DNA of 64,000 nucleotides from an uncultured cyanobacterium (GCA_963718615.1 OY970368.1:5600001-5664000), one strand, 5' to 3'; shown: positions 36,535 through 47,128, counted from the first letter of the stretch. Numbers and translations: made by a program. Notes: generated by a model not told the origin, from the letters alone.

Positions 36535-38685
36535 CTATCCCAGTCGCAAAACTTTGTTAGAAATAAATGAACCGTGCTCGATCGAGAGTTGACCGGCTTC
36601 GACCTGATGCCGAATGCGATCGCCCCGATATTGTGCCTGGGTCATGGGTTTACTGCCAAAGCTGGGTCGAATGTCCAAATAGCAGTCTAAAACCCGTTGC
36701 TCTTCAGCGGTGGAGCCTTGCAGGAGATCCTGGGGCGCGAGGTCGAGCTGCCAAAGGGCTTCTGCCAGCGTTGACGCCACATAGGCCGGACGATTGACAT
36801 GGTGATCTAGCAACAGTGCTACGCCAAACTCGGAGGTAATGAGACGGGATAGCGCATAGCCATCGAGACTGCTCTGACGGACAAAATAAAATTTATCGAT
36901 GCGATCTACGGCATGCAAAATTTCAATTGCCTGCACAACGGGATCGCGACCCGCGACCGCAAATCGATAGGCCCAAAGCGGTTGCCGCAGAATACTCTTT
37001 TGCGCATCGCTGCGCAGGGTCGTGCCGTCGAGCGTGATCCATCCCCGGACGCCATCACTGCCTTCCACATCCAAGCCAAACTGTCCCCAATAGTGCTCGA
37101 ACGCCTCCGGCTCGGCGCTTTTGAGCCGACTCAGAAACGCACCCAGTTCCCCCGGACGTTCGGCATTGCCCACACTCCACTGAAACAGGCCAAAGCTGAG
37201 ATACTGGCTGTCCCAGGTATTCACGGTGTCCAAATAGCCTTCGTTTTCGGATAGGGCGGCGATCGCATTGATTTCCGAATCGCTTAGATAAAGCTTTGCC
37301 AAATCGGCCCGTGCCGTCTGAATAAAACTGCGGGGATGCTCGGTGCCTCGGCGATAGAGACCCTGCTGATAGGTTATCCCTACAACTTCTGTTTCTTTGG
37401 AATCGGGCCACTGGGCAAAGAGGGTGTCATTCTCCTGGGTAAACTGCACGATGCTGGCTCTGGCGATCGCTGAACTCCGTGGAACAACGGGTGGGGCGGG
37501 TAGAGGAGTTGTTCCTGCAACGGGTGGATTGGGATAGGGTGTGGCGCTGGGGGGAGGGGTGGGTGATGGAGTTGGGGGGGATAGAGGGGTGGCTGTGGAA
37601 GAAGTGGGGATTTTGAGGACCATGCCGATGCGTAGGTCGTGGGTGCTGGTGATCTGGTTGAGATGGGCGATTTCGCGCCAGCGATCGCCGTTGCCTAAGG
37701 TTTTTTGGGCGATTTTGATCAGACTATCGCCAGGTTGGACGGTGTAGGTCTGTGGGGGATTGGGGGGGTGGGGAGTTGAGGGTTGGGCGGGTGATGGGGT
37801 GGCGGGTTGGGGGAGGGTAGAGGTCGGGATTTTGAGGACCATGCCGACGCGGAGGGCGCTGGGGTTGGTGATGTTATTGGCTTTGGCAATATCTCGCCAG
37901 CGATCGCCATGTCCTAGGGTTTTTTGGGCGATGCTAATCAGGCTATCGCCCCGCTGGACGGTATAGGTTTGGGCCGTGATGCTGGGGGGCGTTGGTATTG
38001 GGGGCTGAGAAGAAGGCGGTGGGGTGGGGTGGGGGGCAGAGGGAGTGGATGCTTTAGGCGGTTGAGAAGCTAGGGGGGATGTAGGGCTGGGAATTTTGAG
38101 GACCATGCCCACCCGGAGGATGGCGGGGTTGGTGATGCGGTTGATCTGGGCGATTTCGCGCCAGCGGTTGCTGTTGCCGAGGGTTTTCTTGGCGATGGTG
38201 CTGAGGGTGTCGCCGGGTTGGACGGTGTAGGTGTTGGAGGGAGTGGAGCGTGGGGATGGGGGGGCAGGTGATGGGATGAGGTCTCGGGGTTGGGCGGTTT
38301 GGGGTTCTGGGCTTTGAGATTCTGGAGTTTGAGGGTCTGGAATTTGGGGGTGTGGAATTTGGGGGGGTGGGAGTTTGGCAATGCTGGGAATTTTGAGAAT
38401 TCTGCCCACTCGCAGGGCGCTGGCGGTTTCGATCTCATTGAGCTGGGCGATTTCGGGCCAGTGGTTTTCGTCGCCGAGGGTTTTTTGGGCGATCGCCCGC
38501 AATGTATCACCGGACTCAACGATATATTCGCTGTCGGGTAATTGAATGACCTGCCCCACCCGCAGGGAACCGGGGTTGCGAATGCCGTTCAGGGCTGCAA
38601 GCTGTTGCCAAGCATCGCCGTTGCCGAGGTGTTGGCGTGCGATGGTGGTGAGGGTGTCGCCGGGTTGAACGGTGTAGGGTTTCAT
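36535..38685 (-). CDS. Five-LysM peptidoglycan-binding protein with lysozyme-like C-terminal domain
   Basis: Five LysM repeats (YTVQPGDTL..IA...LG...W..IA..N.I.....LRVG..L.IP), the later ones separated by Pro/Ser/Thr-rich linkers; C-domain SENEG..D.VNTWD...LSFGLFQW. Confidence 0.82.
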   Translation of the reverse strand: MKPYTVQPGDTLTTIARQHLGNGDAWQQLAALNGIRNPGSLRVGQVIQLPDSEYIVESGDTLRAIAQKTLGDENHWPEIAQLNEIETASALRVGRILKIPSIAKLPPPQIPHPQIPDPQTPESQSPEPQTAQPRDLIPSPAPPSPRSTPSNTYTVQPGDTLSTIAKKTLGNSNRWREIAQINRITNPAILRVGMVLKIPSPTSPLASQPPKASTPSAPHPTPPPSSQPPIPTPPSITAQTYTVQRGDSLISIAQKTLGHGDRWRDIAKANNITNPSALRVGMVLKIPTSTLPQPATPSPAQPSTPHPPNPPQTYTVQPGDSLIKIAQKTLGNGDRWREIAHLNQITSTHDLRIGMVLKIPTSSTATPLSPPTPSPTPPPSATPYPNPPVAGTTPLPAPPVVPRSSAIARASIVQFTQENDTLFAQWPDSKETEVVGITYQQGLYRRGTEHPRSFIQTARADLAKLYLSDSEINAIAALSENEGYLDTVNTWDSQYLSFGLFQWSVGNAERPGELGAFLSRLKSAEPEAFEHYWGQFGLDVEGSDGVRGWITLDGTTLRSDAQKSILRQPLWAYRFAVAGRDPVVQAIEILHAVDRIDKFYFVRQSSLDGYALSRLITSEFGVALLLDHHVNRPAYVASTLAEALWQLDLAPQDLLQGSTAEEQRVLDCYLDIRPSFGSKPMTQAQYRGDRIRHQVEAGQLSIEHGSFISNKVLRLG

Positions 38686-38733
38686 GGGGGCAGGGGGAGT
38701 GAGGACAGGGGGCCTTACAGTCCTATTAAAGAT

Positions 38734-41238
38734 CTAATTCAAGAAGCCTTGCCACTGGGTGATCGCCTGTTGGGCGGCGGGGTAGACTTCCATATCTGGC
38801 GGTACGAGGCGGGCGGCGGCGATCGCCATGGCCCACTGACTCTGTTTGGCGCGCTGTTCGGCAATGTTCAAAATCTCGCGACTCCAAGCTTGCCGGAGCT
38901 GGTCGGCTTCGGCGGTGGTGGCGTTTCCTCGGGGAATGCCTCGGGCGATGGCGATCGCCTGGTTATAGGAAGAAGCCTGACCCGGACGCACGACGGCTTT
39001 GGCGTACTGGAGCTGAGAGGGCACTTGCCACTGACTAATGCCCTGCTGGGCGGCGGGGTAACCGGCGATATCGGGGGGAACCAAACGGGCAGCGGCGATC
39101 GCCCCCAAATAATCCCCTTGATTGGCCCGCTGTTCGGCCATGGCAACGATGTCGCGGCCCCAGCGATCCATGGCAGCACGGGCCTGTTGATAACCGGGGT
39201 CGGTGGAGGGGATGGTGCGAGCTTGGGCGATCGCCTGGTTATAGCTAGAGGCTTGACCGGGTTTGACTAGACCGGCTGCGGTTTGGAGGGCGGGGGAAGG
39301 CGGCGCTGAGGCATTAGGAGTTTCAGCCTGGGAAGGGGAAGCTTGAGGGGATGAAGCTTGAGGGGATGAAGCTTGAGAGGGCGAGGCTGGGGGCGGACTC
39401 GCAGAAGCCGTTGGGCTAACCGCAGACGCTGGAGGCACTGGACTTGCAGAGGAACTGGGAGCCGTAGACGGTGAGGGGGAAGGGGCAGGGCTGGGGGTGG
39501 TACTAAAGCCTTGGGCCGAAGGGGTATTGCTGGGGCTGGGGCTGGGATTAGTGCTGGGATTGAGCTGTTCAGGGGGGCTATCGAGGTCGTTGTCTTTGCC
39601 ACGATTAAACATGCCCCAGAGCCCCAAAAGAGCCAGAAGCATCAAACCCGGCACCCAAAGTAGACGCGGCGTTAGCCAAGCAGGCCAGCCAGTACTGACG
39701 GGACGAGGCGTTGTGGCTTCGGTGGAATCTTCAGGGTCGAGGGGATCTAGTTCGATGATTGGCATACCGCCATCATCGTCCTCTTCGATGAGGCCACCGA
39801 AGCTTTCAATGTCAATCGTATTCAGGTCAATCGTATTCAGGTCGGGGGACGCTTGACCGGGGTCTATTCCATTGCTACCCCCACTCCAGATCAGGGCTCC
39901 GTCTGACCCGCTGTCTCCATAGGGCGGCGGTTCAGGGAAAATAAGGGAGGCTGTGGTGCTGGAATTATCGTTACTGCCGCTGTTGCTACTGCCTCCTAGA
40001 CTGCCTCCCGGATTACCTTCCTCGGGGGCCACAACCAAATCGGCCCATTGCCAGTTGGATCCCCCAGCCTTACCGTCTTCGTAGTCATAGACAACCGGAT
40101 TGCTCGTGGTCGTTCCATTGCCCAGGTCTAGTTCGTGGTCTTCTTCCCAGGCTAGGGCATAGGGATCGAGGTTGCCGTTGGTGTCGCTGTCAGAGGAGAC
40201 CGGATCGAGGGTGCCCGTTGGGGTCGGAACACCGGGTTCGTTGTCGAGGTTGAGGTAGGGGTCAGTGCTATTGCCGTTACCGTTACTATTGCCACTGCCG
40301 TTACTGTTACCGTTGGCATTGCCATTACCATTGCCGTTCGGACCGCCGAGATTGGAGTTTTCCCAGGTCCAGGTGCCAGCAAAGTCTTGGCCGAGGTCGC
40401 TGTCCGTACTGGTCGGAATGTAGTTGATATCGAGGGGCGTGATCGCGTCGCCTGCGCCGAGGATGCTGCTGCCGAGGGTGGTGCTGGTGCTGACGGTGCC
40501 GACGCCGATGGGTTGAGCGGGGGCGATCGCAAATTCCCCCACGGTCAGCGGACTTTGCAAGGGTCGCCAGTAATGGTTACTTAATTCCTCCATCCGATGC
40601 CGCAGATCTTGATCGAGGGCCTTGAGGCTGTCCACCGTTGGGTTTTGCAACGCTTCCAGTAGCGCCACGGTGAAAAATCCGTGCCGGAGCCCCGCTGCTT
40701 CACGGGAAAACTGGTCCTTTTGGGGTTCGCAGGATTGGAGCGTAGCAATGCCGTACTCATGGGCCAAGGCAGCGGTTTGAATCCCTACGGGTTCCGCTAG
40801 GGTGCCTTCGTTGTGGTTCATGTCCAGGAGCATCAGGATTCGCTGGGTGCGGGCTTCCTTGAACAACTGAAAAATTTCTTTGAACGTAATGCCGGTGGCG
40901 TCGGCCTGGGCGGGGTCGCCATCCACGGGCATGAGGTAGTCGGCCCCAAGGGTGTGGATGCCGTAGCCACAAAAGAAAACCCACAGTTCGTCGTCGGGCT
41001 GGAGGGCTTCATCCACAAGCCACTGTAACCATTGCAAAATCGTGGTGCGCAACGGAAAGGTGGATTGACCGAGATGGAGTGCTGAGGCGGTGGTTAGGAG
41101 GAGGCAATTTTCCGGGGCGATGCGATCGCTATCAATTAAATAGCGACAGAGGGCTTCTGCGTCGTTCTGGGCGTAGGTGAGGGATTGGAATGCTTGATAT
41201 GTATTGATGCCGATGGCGATCGCCCAATGCTTGCCCAT
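38734..41238 (-). CDS. Membrane-anchored caspase-like (C14) pseudo-orthocaspase
   Basis: WAIAIGINTY, L.YAQNDA; dyad positions read FFCGYG (His to Tyr) and LDMNH (Cys to Asn); acidic low-complexity linker, one TM, Pro/Ser linker, two C-terminal helical repeats GQASSYNQAIA. Confidence 0.85.
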   Translation of the reverse strand: MGKHWAIAIGINTYQAFQSLTYAQNDAEALCRYLIDSDRIAPENCLLLTTASALHLGQSTFPLRTTILQWLQWLVDEALQPDDELWVFFCGYGIHTLGADYLMPVDGDPAQADATGITFKEIFQLFKEARTQRILMLLDMNHNEGTLAEPVGIQTAALAHEYGIATLQSCEPQKDQFSREAAGLRHGFFTVALLEALQNPTVDSLKALDQDLRHRMEELSNHYWRPLQSPLTVGEFAIAPAQPIGVGTVSTSTTLGSSILGAGDAITPLDINYIPTSTDSDLGQDFAGTWTWENSNLGGPNGNGNGNANGNSNGSGNSNGNGNSTDPYLNLDNEPGVPTPTGTLDPVSSDSDTNGNLDPYALAWEEDHELDLGNGTTTSNPVVYDYEDGKAGGSNWQWADLVVAPEEGNPGGSLGGSSNSGSNDNSSTTASLIFPEPPPYGDSGSDGALIWSGGSNGIDPGQASPDLNTIDLNTIDIESFGGLIEEDDDGGMPIIELDPLDPEDSTEATTPRPVSTGWPAWLTPRLLWVPGLMLLALLGLWGMFNRGKDNDLDSPPEQLNPSTNPSPSPSNTPSAQGFSTTPSPAPSPSPSTAPSSSASPVPPASAVSPTASASPPPASPSQASSPQASSPQASPSQAETPNASAPPSPALQTAAGLVKPGQASSYNQAIAQARTIPSTDPGYQQARAAMDRWGRDIVAMAEQRANQGDYLGAIAAARLVPPDIAGYPAAQQGISQWQVPSQLQYAKAVVRPGQASSYNQAIAIARGIPRGNATTAEADQLRQAWSREILNIAEQRAKQSQWAMAIAAARLVPPDMEVYPAAQQAITQWQGFLN

Positions 41239-41449
41239 CTGAAAAATCCCCTTAGTTCACCCGACCAGCGGTTTATGACCGGCAGCAATTTAGCACAGAA
41301 ATTCGATTTCAACCCCAGAAAATCCACCGAATCTTGACTCGGACGCTCCAAAGGGTCGGGGAGTTTGCTACAACTGAGGCGATATTGATATCACTGGGCT
41401 ATCGTTTGTCATTCTGTTTTGTCATTTTGTATTGTCGAGGTGTTGGGGA

Positions 41450-41863
41450 ATGGCCATGGTAAATCGCTTGTGCTCGAATCGGTTGAGCGGTTGGGGGCTC
41501 TTGTGGGTGGTGGCGATGGGGAGTCTAACCATTCTGCCGAAACTCATTTCTCCGGCTCCAGCCCAAGCCTATGTGGCAGAAGTCCCGGTCTCGATCGATA
41601 TCGGCAGCAGCAACAGCTACGCCACGATGTTGCGCAGAGCCGAACAGGTCGCCCGCGCGGCGGCCCAGCGCTCCTTTGACAATGACATTTTGGTGACGGA
41701 AGTGGCGGTGATGATTACGGGCAACTATCGCGGTCTGGAGGTGCCGGTGCTGTCCCTAGAGATCGGGCGCTCTGACTGGCAAGCCCAGCCCGATCCAAAG
41801 CTGTGGGCGACGTATTATCCCATGAGCAAAAGCTTGCTGGGGTTTGGCAGCGAGCCAGAATAA
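41450..41863 (+). CDS. Conserved secreted hypothetical protein
   Basis: Signal peptide ending PAQA; RRAEQVARAAAQRSFD.DIL; start uncertain (41432-41456). Confidence 0.7.
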   Translation: MAMVNRLCSNRLSGWGLLWVVAMGSLTILPKLISPAPAQAYVAEVPVSIDIGSSNSYATMLRRAEQVARAAAQRSFDNDILVTEVAVMITGNYRGLEVPVLSLEIGRSDWQAQPDPKLWATYYPMSKSLLGFGSEPE

Positions 41864-41956
41864 GTCCTGCCTACAACCGCACAACCGCCTGCCAAAATCT
41901 GAGCCTCAATCAGGAGTGTTAGGATCCAGTCATACTGTGCCTGAACCATTGGCATC

Positions 41957-42487
41957 ATGACTGAACGAACGAACACTCCTCAAATCGCTGATGACCCATC
42001 GTCTCAAGCGATCCGTTATCCGGTCCTGCTAGAAGCGGTCGAAGGAGGCTGGATTGCTTCGATTCTTGGCATTGCTGCTTATCGTGCGGTTGGAGCTTCC
42101 AGAGATGAGGCCGTTCGGGGGCTTGAAAAAGTTATGCAGCAACGCTTGTGTGAGCTCCTGCCATTTGAAGTGACACATATTGAATTATCTTTTGCACAGC
42201 TCGGAGATTCGTTGCTTTCCTGGGAGCAACAAACCCATTCTGATATTAAGAGCGTTTTAGTCTCGAAAGGGCAGGTCAGTAAAATCTCGTTTAAGACATC
42301 TGTAGAAACTTCAGCAGAACCTAATCCGCTGCTGAAATTTGCAGGTCACTTGAAGGATGATCCTTTCTTCGATGAATATATGGAAAGCATTGCTGAGCAG
42401 CGTAGGGAACTGGATGACGAGTTTATGGACTCAGAGGACTTAGCTCAACCGGAGCCTGTGGAGACAGTAGCTGAGGTTTCGCTCTAA
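41957..42487 (+). CDS. Putative antitoxin with HicB-like N-terminus
   Basis: YPVLLE..GGWIASILG...A.GASRDEA; C-terminal PLLKFAGHLKDDPFFDE; ends 5 bp upstream of a PIN toxin. Confidence 0.65.
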   Translation: MTERTNTPQIADDPSSQAIRYPVLLEAVEGGWIASILGIAAYRAVGASRDEAVRGLEKVMQQRLCELLPFEVTHIELSFAQLGDSLLSWEQQTHSDIKSVLVSKGQVSKISFKTSVETSAEPNPLLKFAGHLKDDPFFDEYMESIAEQRRELDDEFMDSEDLAQPEPVETVAEVSL

Positions 42488-42492
42488 ATCCT

Positions 42493-42918
42493 ATGACGCT
42501 TTGGATTCTGGATACGGATCATCTCTCGTTGTTCGAAAGAGGTAACGCCTCCATCGCTCGCAAGCTTGCTGCTCTGCCCATTTCAAGCATTGCTATTACG
42601 GTGATTACCGTTGAAGAGGTTTTTAAGGGACGGTTCCAGCAATTGAGACGAGCCCGTGGGCAGCAGCAAATTTTGGGCCAGTACCAAATCATGATGCGGA
42701 CGTTGGAACTGGTTCAATCCCTACAGTGCTTACCCTTTGATGCTGCGGCTTATACGCAGTACCAAAAACTAGTTGATTTGAAGCTGCGGATTGGAACTCA
42801 GGACATGAAAATTGGGGCGATCGCTCTTGCTAGACAAGCGATCCTCGCAACCTGTAACCGTCGTCACTTTGAGAAAATTCCAGGATTGCAAATTGAAGAT
42901 TGGACGATAGAGCCGTAA
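42493..42918 (+). CDS. vapC: PIN-domain toxin, VapC family
   Basis: WILDTDHLS, ITVEE, GTQDMKIGAIAL, T.NRRHF.KIPGL.IEDW. Confidence 0.88.
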   Translation: MTLWILDTDHLSLFERGNASIARKLAALPISSIAITVITVEEVFKGRFQQLRRARGQQQILGQYQIMMRTLELVQSLQCLPFDAAAYTQYQKLVDLKLRIGTQDMKIGAIALARQAILATCNRRHFEKIPGLQIEDWTIEP

Positions 42919-42996
42919 GCTTACAACTGCCCTGGTAATCAGACACCACTGGTATCATAGAGTCTTGCATTTCGTTTACAGCCGGAGACGGGCTCT

Positions 42997-44280
42997 GTGA
43001 CTCAGACAAACTTTGACTTTTTGCAAGCGAGCGATCCGGCGATCGCCCACCTCATCCAAGACGAACTCGGTCGCCAGCGGGATCACCTGGAGCTGATCGC
43101 CAGCGAAAACTTTACCTCGGCAGCGGTCATGGCAGCCCAGGGCTCGGTCTTGACGAATAAATATGCGGAAGGCTTGCCCAATAAGCGCTACTACGGTGGC
43201 TGTGAATTTGTGGATCAGGTGGAGCAAATCGCCATCGATCGCATCAAAGAACTCTTCGGCGCAGCCCACGCCAACGTCCAGCCCCACTCTGGTGCCCAAG
43301 CCAACTTTGCGGTTTTCCTGACCCTGCTCCAGCCCGGCGACACGATCATGGGCATGGATCTCTCCCACGGCGGTCACCTCACCCACGGCTCCCCAGTCAA
43401 CGTTTCGGGCAAGTGGTTCAAGGTGGTTCAGTATGGCGTCAAGCAAGAAACCGAACGGTTGGACTTTGAGCAGATCCGCAGCCTAGCCCTGGAGCACAAG
43501 CCCAAGCTGATCATTTGTGGCTATTCAGCCTATCCTCGGACGATCGATTTTGAAGCGTTTCGGGCGATCGCCGATGAAGCCGGAGCCTACCTCATGGCCG
43601 ACATTGCCCACATCGCCGGACTCGTCGCCACGGGCCACCACCCCAACCCGATCCCCTTCTGCGATGTGGTCACCACCACTACCCATAAAACCCTGCGTGG
43701 TCCTCGCGGCGGCCTAATCATGACCCGTGACCCAGAGCTGGGTAAAAAATTCGACAAGGCGGTTTTTCCCGGCACTCAAGGCGGACCGTTGGAGCATGTG
43801 ATCGCCGCTAAGGCCGTGGCCTTTGGGGAAGCGCTCAAGCCTGAATTTAAGACCTACTCCGGCCAAGTGATCACCAATGCCAAAGCCCTGGCCGCCCAGC
43901 TCCAGGCTCGGGGGATCAAACTCGTGTCCGACGGCACCGATAACCACTTGGTACTCGTCGATCTGCGCTCTGTGGGCATGACTGGGAAAGTCGCCGATAT
44001 GCTTGTCAGCGAGGTGAATATTACCGCTAATAAAAATACCGTACCCTTTGATCCCGAGTCGCCCTTTGTCACCAGTGGCCTGCGCTTGGGCTCTCCGGCC
44101 ATGACCTCGCGGGGCATGGGCGAGGCGGAGTTTACCGAGATCGCCAATATCATTGCCGATCGCCTCACCAATCCTGAAGATGCTGCGGTGGAAGCGGACT
44201 GCCGCAAGCGGGTTGCTGCTCTGTGCAGTCGTTTTCCGCTCTATCCCCACCTGGAAGCCCGTCAGCCTGCGATGGCCTAG
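42997..44280 (+). CDS. glyA: Serine hydroxymethyltransferase
   Basis: [44 protein letters not shown]. Confidence 0.98.
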   Translation: MTQTNFDFLQASDPAIAHLIQDELGRQRDHLELIASENFTSAAVMAAQGSVLTNKYAEGLPNKRYYGGCEFVDQVEQIAIDRIKELFGAAHANVQPHSGAQANFAVFLTLLQPGDTIMGMDLSHGGHLTHGSPVNVSGKWFKVVQYGVKQETERLDFEQIRSLALEHKPKLIICGYSAYPRTIDFEAFRAIADEAGAYLMADIAHIAGLVATGHHPNPIPFCDVVTTTTHKTLRGPRGGLIMTRDPELGKKFDKAVFPGTQGGPLEHVIAAKAVAFGEALKPEFKTYSGQVITNAKALAAQLQARGIKLVSDGTDNHLVLVDLRSVGMTGKVADMLVSEVNITANKNTVPFDPESPFVTSGLRLGSPAMTSRGMGEAEFTEIANIIADRLTNPEDAAVEADCRKRVAALCSRFPLYPHLEARQPAMA

Positions 44281-44355
44281 GGGTGAACGGCAGACGAACA
44301 ACAGGACGAAAACAATAGGACGAAAACAATAGGACGAACGGCTGTTCGTCCCTAC
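44277..44355. repeat. Degenerate REP-like palindrome with internal 13-bp tandem repeats after glyA
   Basis: CTAGGGGTGAACGGC ... AGGACGAAAACAAT repeats ... AGGACGAACGGCTGTTCGTCCCTAC (hairpin GGACGAAC/GTTCGTCC ending in CTAC). Confidence 0.55.
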
Positions 44356-44707
44356 GAGTTGGGGACCATGGCCGATGGTTCAATTGCGCGATCGCCTTGA
44401 CAAAACGGGCGATCGCGCTTTTCATAGACAGGTTTTGATCCCTGATCGAGCAGCCTGTCCTCCGAGAAAATTCCGAATTTCCCGTAGGTCCTAGCCTGAC
44501 TTTTTTGGGTTAAGGTGATGGGGGTCAAATCGTTACACAAGTTGATAAACTTCCGTTAGCTTCTATTAACCGTCCTGAAACAGGGACTTTTGGAAGGAGA
44601 AAGTCAGGGTGCTCGGTCTCATCGCTTTCGGTTGATGGTGATCTTCACCCTTAACCCCAAGACCTTCATTTGGCCTGTCGCAGTCCCATCCGCCCCCCGC
44701 GTTGCCA

Positions 44708-45766
44708 ATGCCTGTCCAGCTCTACCATCTGATTTCCTTTATCGTTGCCGCTTTGGTCGTGCTTGCTGTCACCCCAGTGGTGAAGCACATCGGGCTTCGC
44801 AGCGGCAAGGTAGACAAGCCTAACCATCGCAAGGTCCATCAGCAGCCCATGGTGCGGCTGGGTGGCGTTTCAATTTTTATCGGCGTCGTGGTGGCGCTAC
44901 TCGCGGTCTGGTTCTGCGGTGGTTTTGGCATTTTGCCGCCGGATAAGGAATATGAAATTTGGGGGTTGACCCTCGGTGGGTTGCTCTTTTTCCTGATTGG
45001 CTTGGCGGACGATTTATTTAATCTTTCTCCGTTCACTCGTTTGTTTTTACAAGTCATCGTCGCTTCGATGGCTTGGCAGGCGGGCGTTCAAATCGACTTT
45101 TTAACGGTGCCCCTTCCCGATGTGGGCTTGGTGACCCTGCCGGGATGGTTAAGCCTTCCCGTTACGACCATCTGGCTGGTGGGGATGGCCAACGCGATTA
45201 ACTGGATTGATGGTCTGGATGGTCTAGCGGCTGGGGTTTCAGGGATCGCGGCGGTGATCATGCTGATCGTCTGTCTATTTATGGACCAGCCTGCGGCGGC
45301 AATCATTGCAGCGGGTCTGGCGGGCGGAGCCCTGGGCTTCTTGCGCTATAACTTCAACCCGGCCCAGATTTTTATGGGGGATGGCGGGGCCTACTTTATG
45401 GGCTTTACCCTGGCAGGGGTTGGCGTGGTGGGCTTGGTCAAGAGTGTGACCACCGTAGCGGTCTTGCTGCCTTACCTGATTTTGGCAGTGCCCATTCTAG
45501 ATATGTCGGCGGTGATTTTCCAGCGGGTCCGCAGCGGTCAGTCGCCCTTCACCGCAGATAAGCGCCATCTCCACCATCGCTTGCTGCAGGCTGGTCTGTC
45601 CCATCGGGCGACGGTGCTGGTGATTTATTGCTTAACCCTTTGGGTCGGCAGTTTGGCCATGGCCTTTTCGGGGATTCCCAGCGGTTATGCCTATGCCTTT
45701 GGGGCAACGATATTACTGAGCTACGCCGGATGGCAGGTGAATCGCGCCAGCCGTCAGGCCAAGTAG
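44708..45766 (+). CDS. MraY/WecA-family undecaprenyl-phosphate GlcNAc-1-phosphate transferase
   Basis: RKVH..PMVRLGG, GLADD, NAINWIDGLDGLA, FMGDGG, HLHHRL. Confidence 0.9.
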   Translation: MPVQLYHLISFIVAALVVLAVTPVVKHIGLRSGKVDKPNHRKVHQQPMVRLGGVSIFIGVVVALLAVWFCGGFGILPPDKEYEIWGLTLGGLLFFLIGLADDLFNLSPFTRLFLQVIVASMAWQAGVQIDFLTVPLPDVGLVTLPGWLSLPVTTIWLVGMANAINWIDGLDGLAAGVSGIAAVIMLIVCLFMDQPAAAIIAAGLAGGALGFLRYNFNPAQIFMGDGGAYFMGFTLAGVGVVGLVKSVTTVAVLLPYLILAVPILDMSAVIFQRVRSGQSPFTADKRHLHHRLLQAGLSHRATVLVIYCLTLWVGSLAMAFSGIPSGYAYAFGATILLSYAGWQVNRASRQAK

Positions 45767-45778
45767 GACTTAAAACCC

Positions 45779-47032
45779 ATGGTTCGTGGTTCAGCAGAAA
45801 TTATTTGTGTGGGAACGGAGTTGCTGTTGGGGGAGATTCTCAACAGCAATTCGCAGTTTTTGGCCCAGGCATTGGCGGCCTTAGGGATTCCTCACTACAA
45901 CCAAACGGTGGTGGGGGACAATGTGCAGCGGTTGCAGCAGGCGGTTCAGGTGGCTTGCGATCGCGCCCAGCTCCTGATTTTTACCGGCGGACTCGGTCCC
46001 ACCCCCGACGACCTCACCACGGAAACCCTGGCGGATTTTTTCAACGCCCCCTTGGTCGAACATCCTGAAGTCATTGCAGACATTCGCCAAAAGTTTGCCA
46101 GTCGCGGCTATGTGCCCACGGAAAATAATTTCAAACAGGCGCTCCTCCCCGCCGGGGCAGCGGTCTTGCCTAATGGGACTGGAACCGCTCCGGGGCTGAT
46201 TTGGGAACCGAAGCCGGGGTTGCTCTTGATGACATTTCCGGGGGTGCCTCGGGAAATGAAGCAGATGTGGGCGGATACGGCGGTGCCCTATCTCCAGCAA
46301 AACGGCTGGACGTCGGCCCAGCTCGTGAGTCGAACGCTGCATTTTTACGGCATTAGCGAATCGAGACTGGCAGAACAGGTTGCGCCGCTATTTAACCAGG
46401 AAAATCCCACGGTGGCTCCCTATGCGGGAGCGGGACAGGTGCGGCTGCGAATTACGGCCAAGGCGGATTCGCCGGCAGCGGCAGCGGCACTGCTCGATCC
46501 GGTGGAACGACAGATTCGGGAAATTGCCGGGGATTATTGCTTTGGGCGGGATGGGGAGACGTTGGCTTCGGTGGTGGGCGATCGCCTCAAACAACGCCAA
46601 GAAACCCTCGCCGTGGCAGAATCTTGCACGGGCGGTGGCTTGGGCCAAATGCTGACGGCAGTTCCGGGCAGTTCGGCCTATTTTTGGGGCGGCATTATTT
46701 CCTACGACAATTCGGTGAAGGAACGATTGTTGGGGGTGGACCCGACGGTGTTGGTGGAGTTAGGGGCGGTGAGTGGGCCGGTAGCGGAGCAGATGGCGGT
46801 GGGGGTGCGCGATCGCCTCCAAACCACTTGGGGGCTGAGCATTACGGGAATTGCAGGACCGGATGGAGGGACAGAATCAAAACCGGTGGGGTTGGTCTAT
46901 ATTGGGTTGGCGGGGCCGGATGGCTTTGTGGAAGCGGTGGAATGTCGATTGGGCGATCGCCGGGGTCGAGATTGGATAAGGTTGTTGAGTGCCTGTGAGG
47001 CGCTAGATCGGTTGCGGCGGCAATTGCGGTAG
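45779..47032 (+). CDS. cinA: Competence/damage-inducible protein CinA (molybdopterin-binding + NMN deamidase)
   Basis: VGTELLLG, GGLGPTPDDLT, PGVPREM, AVAESCTGG, SITGIAGPDGG. Confidence 0.95.
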   Translation: MVRGSAEIICVGTELLLGEILNSNSQFLAQALAALGIPHYNQTVVGDNVQRLQQAVQVACDRAQLLIFTGGLGPTPDDLTTETLADFFNAPLVEHPEVIADIRQKFASRGYVPTENNFKQALLPAGAAVLPNGTGTAPGLIWEPKPGLLLMTFPGVPREMKQMWADTAVPYLQQNGWTSAQLVSRTLHFYGISESRLAEQVAPLFNQENPTVAPYAGAGQVRLRITAKADSPAAAAALLDPVERQIREIAGDYCFGRDGETLASVVGDRLKQRQETLAVAESCTGGGLGQMLTAVPGSSAYFWGGIISYDNSVKERLLGVDPTVLVELGAVSGPVAEQMAVGVRDRLQTTWGLSITGIAGPDGGTESKPVGLVYIGLAGPDGFVEAVECRLGDRRGRDWIRLLSACEALDRLRRQLR

Positions 47033-47128
47033 GTGAGGTTTAATAGAAATTGATAGAAAATAGAAAGTGGAATTGAAATATCCGCAATATCCGTTATCTA
47101 ATGACCTTTGATGAGGCGCTGAACAACT

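Noticed and set aside
44290-44345. Short direct repeats after glyA as a possible CRISPR array
   Set aside because: The units are about 13 bp and directly tandem, with no unique spacers; no cas genes in the window.
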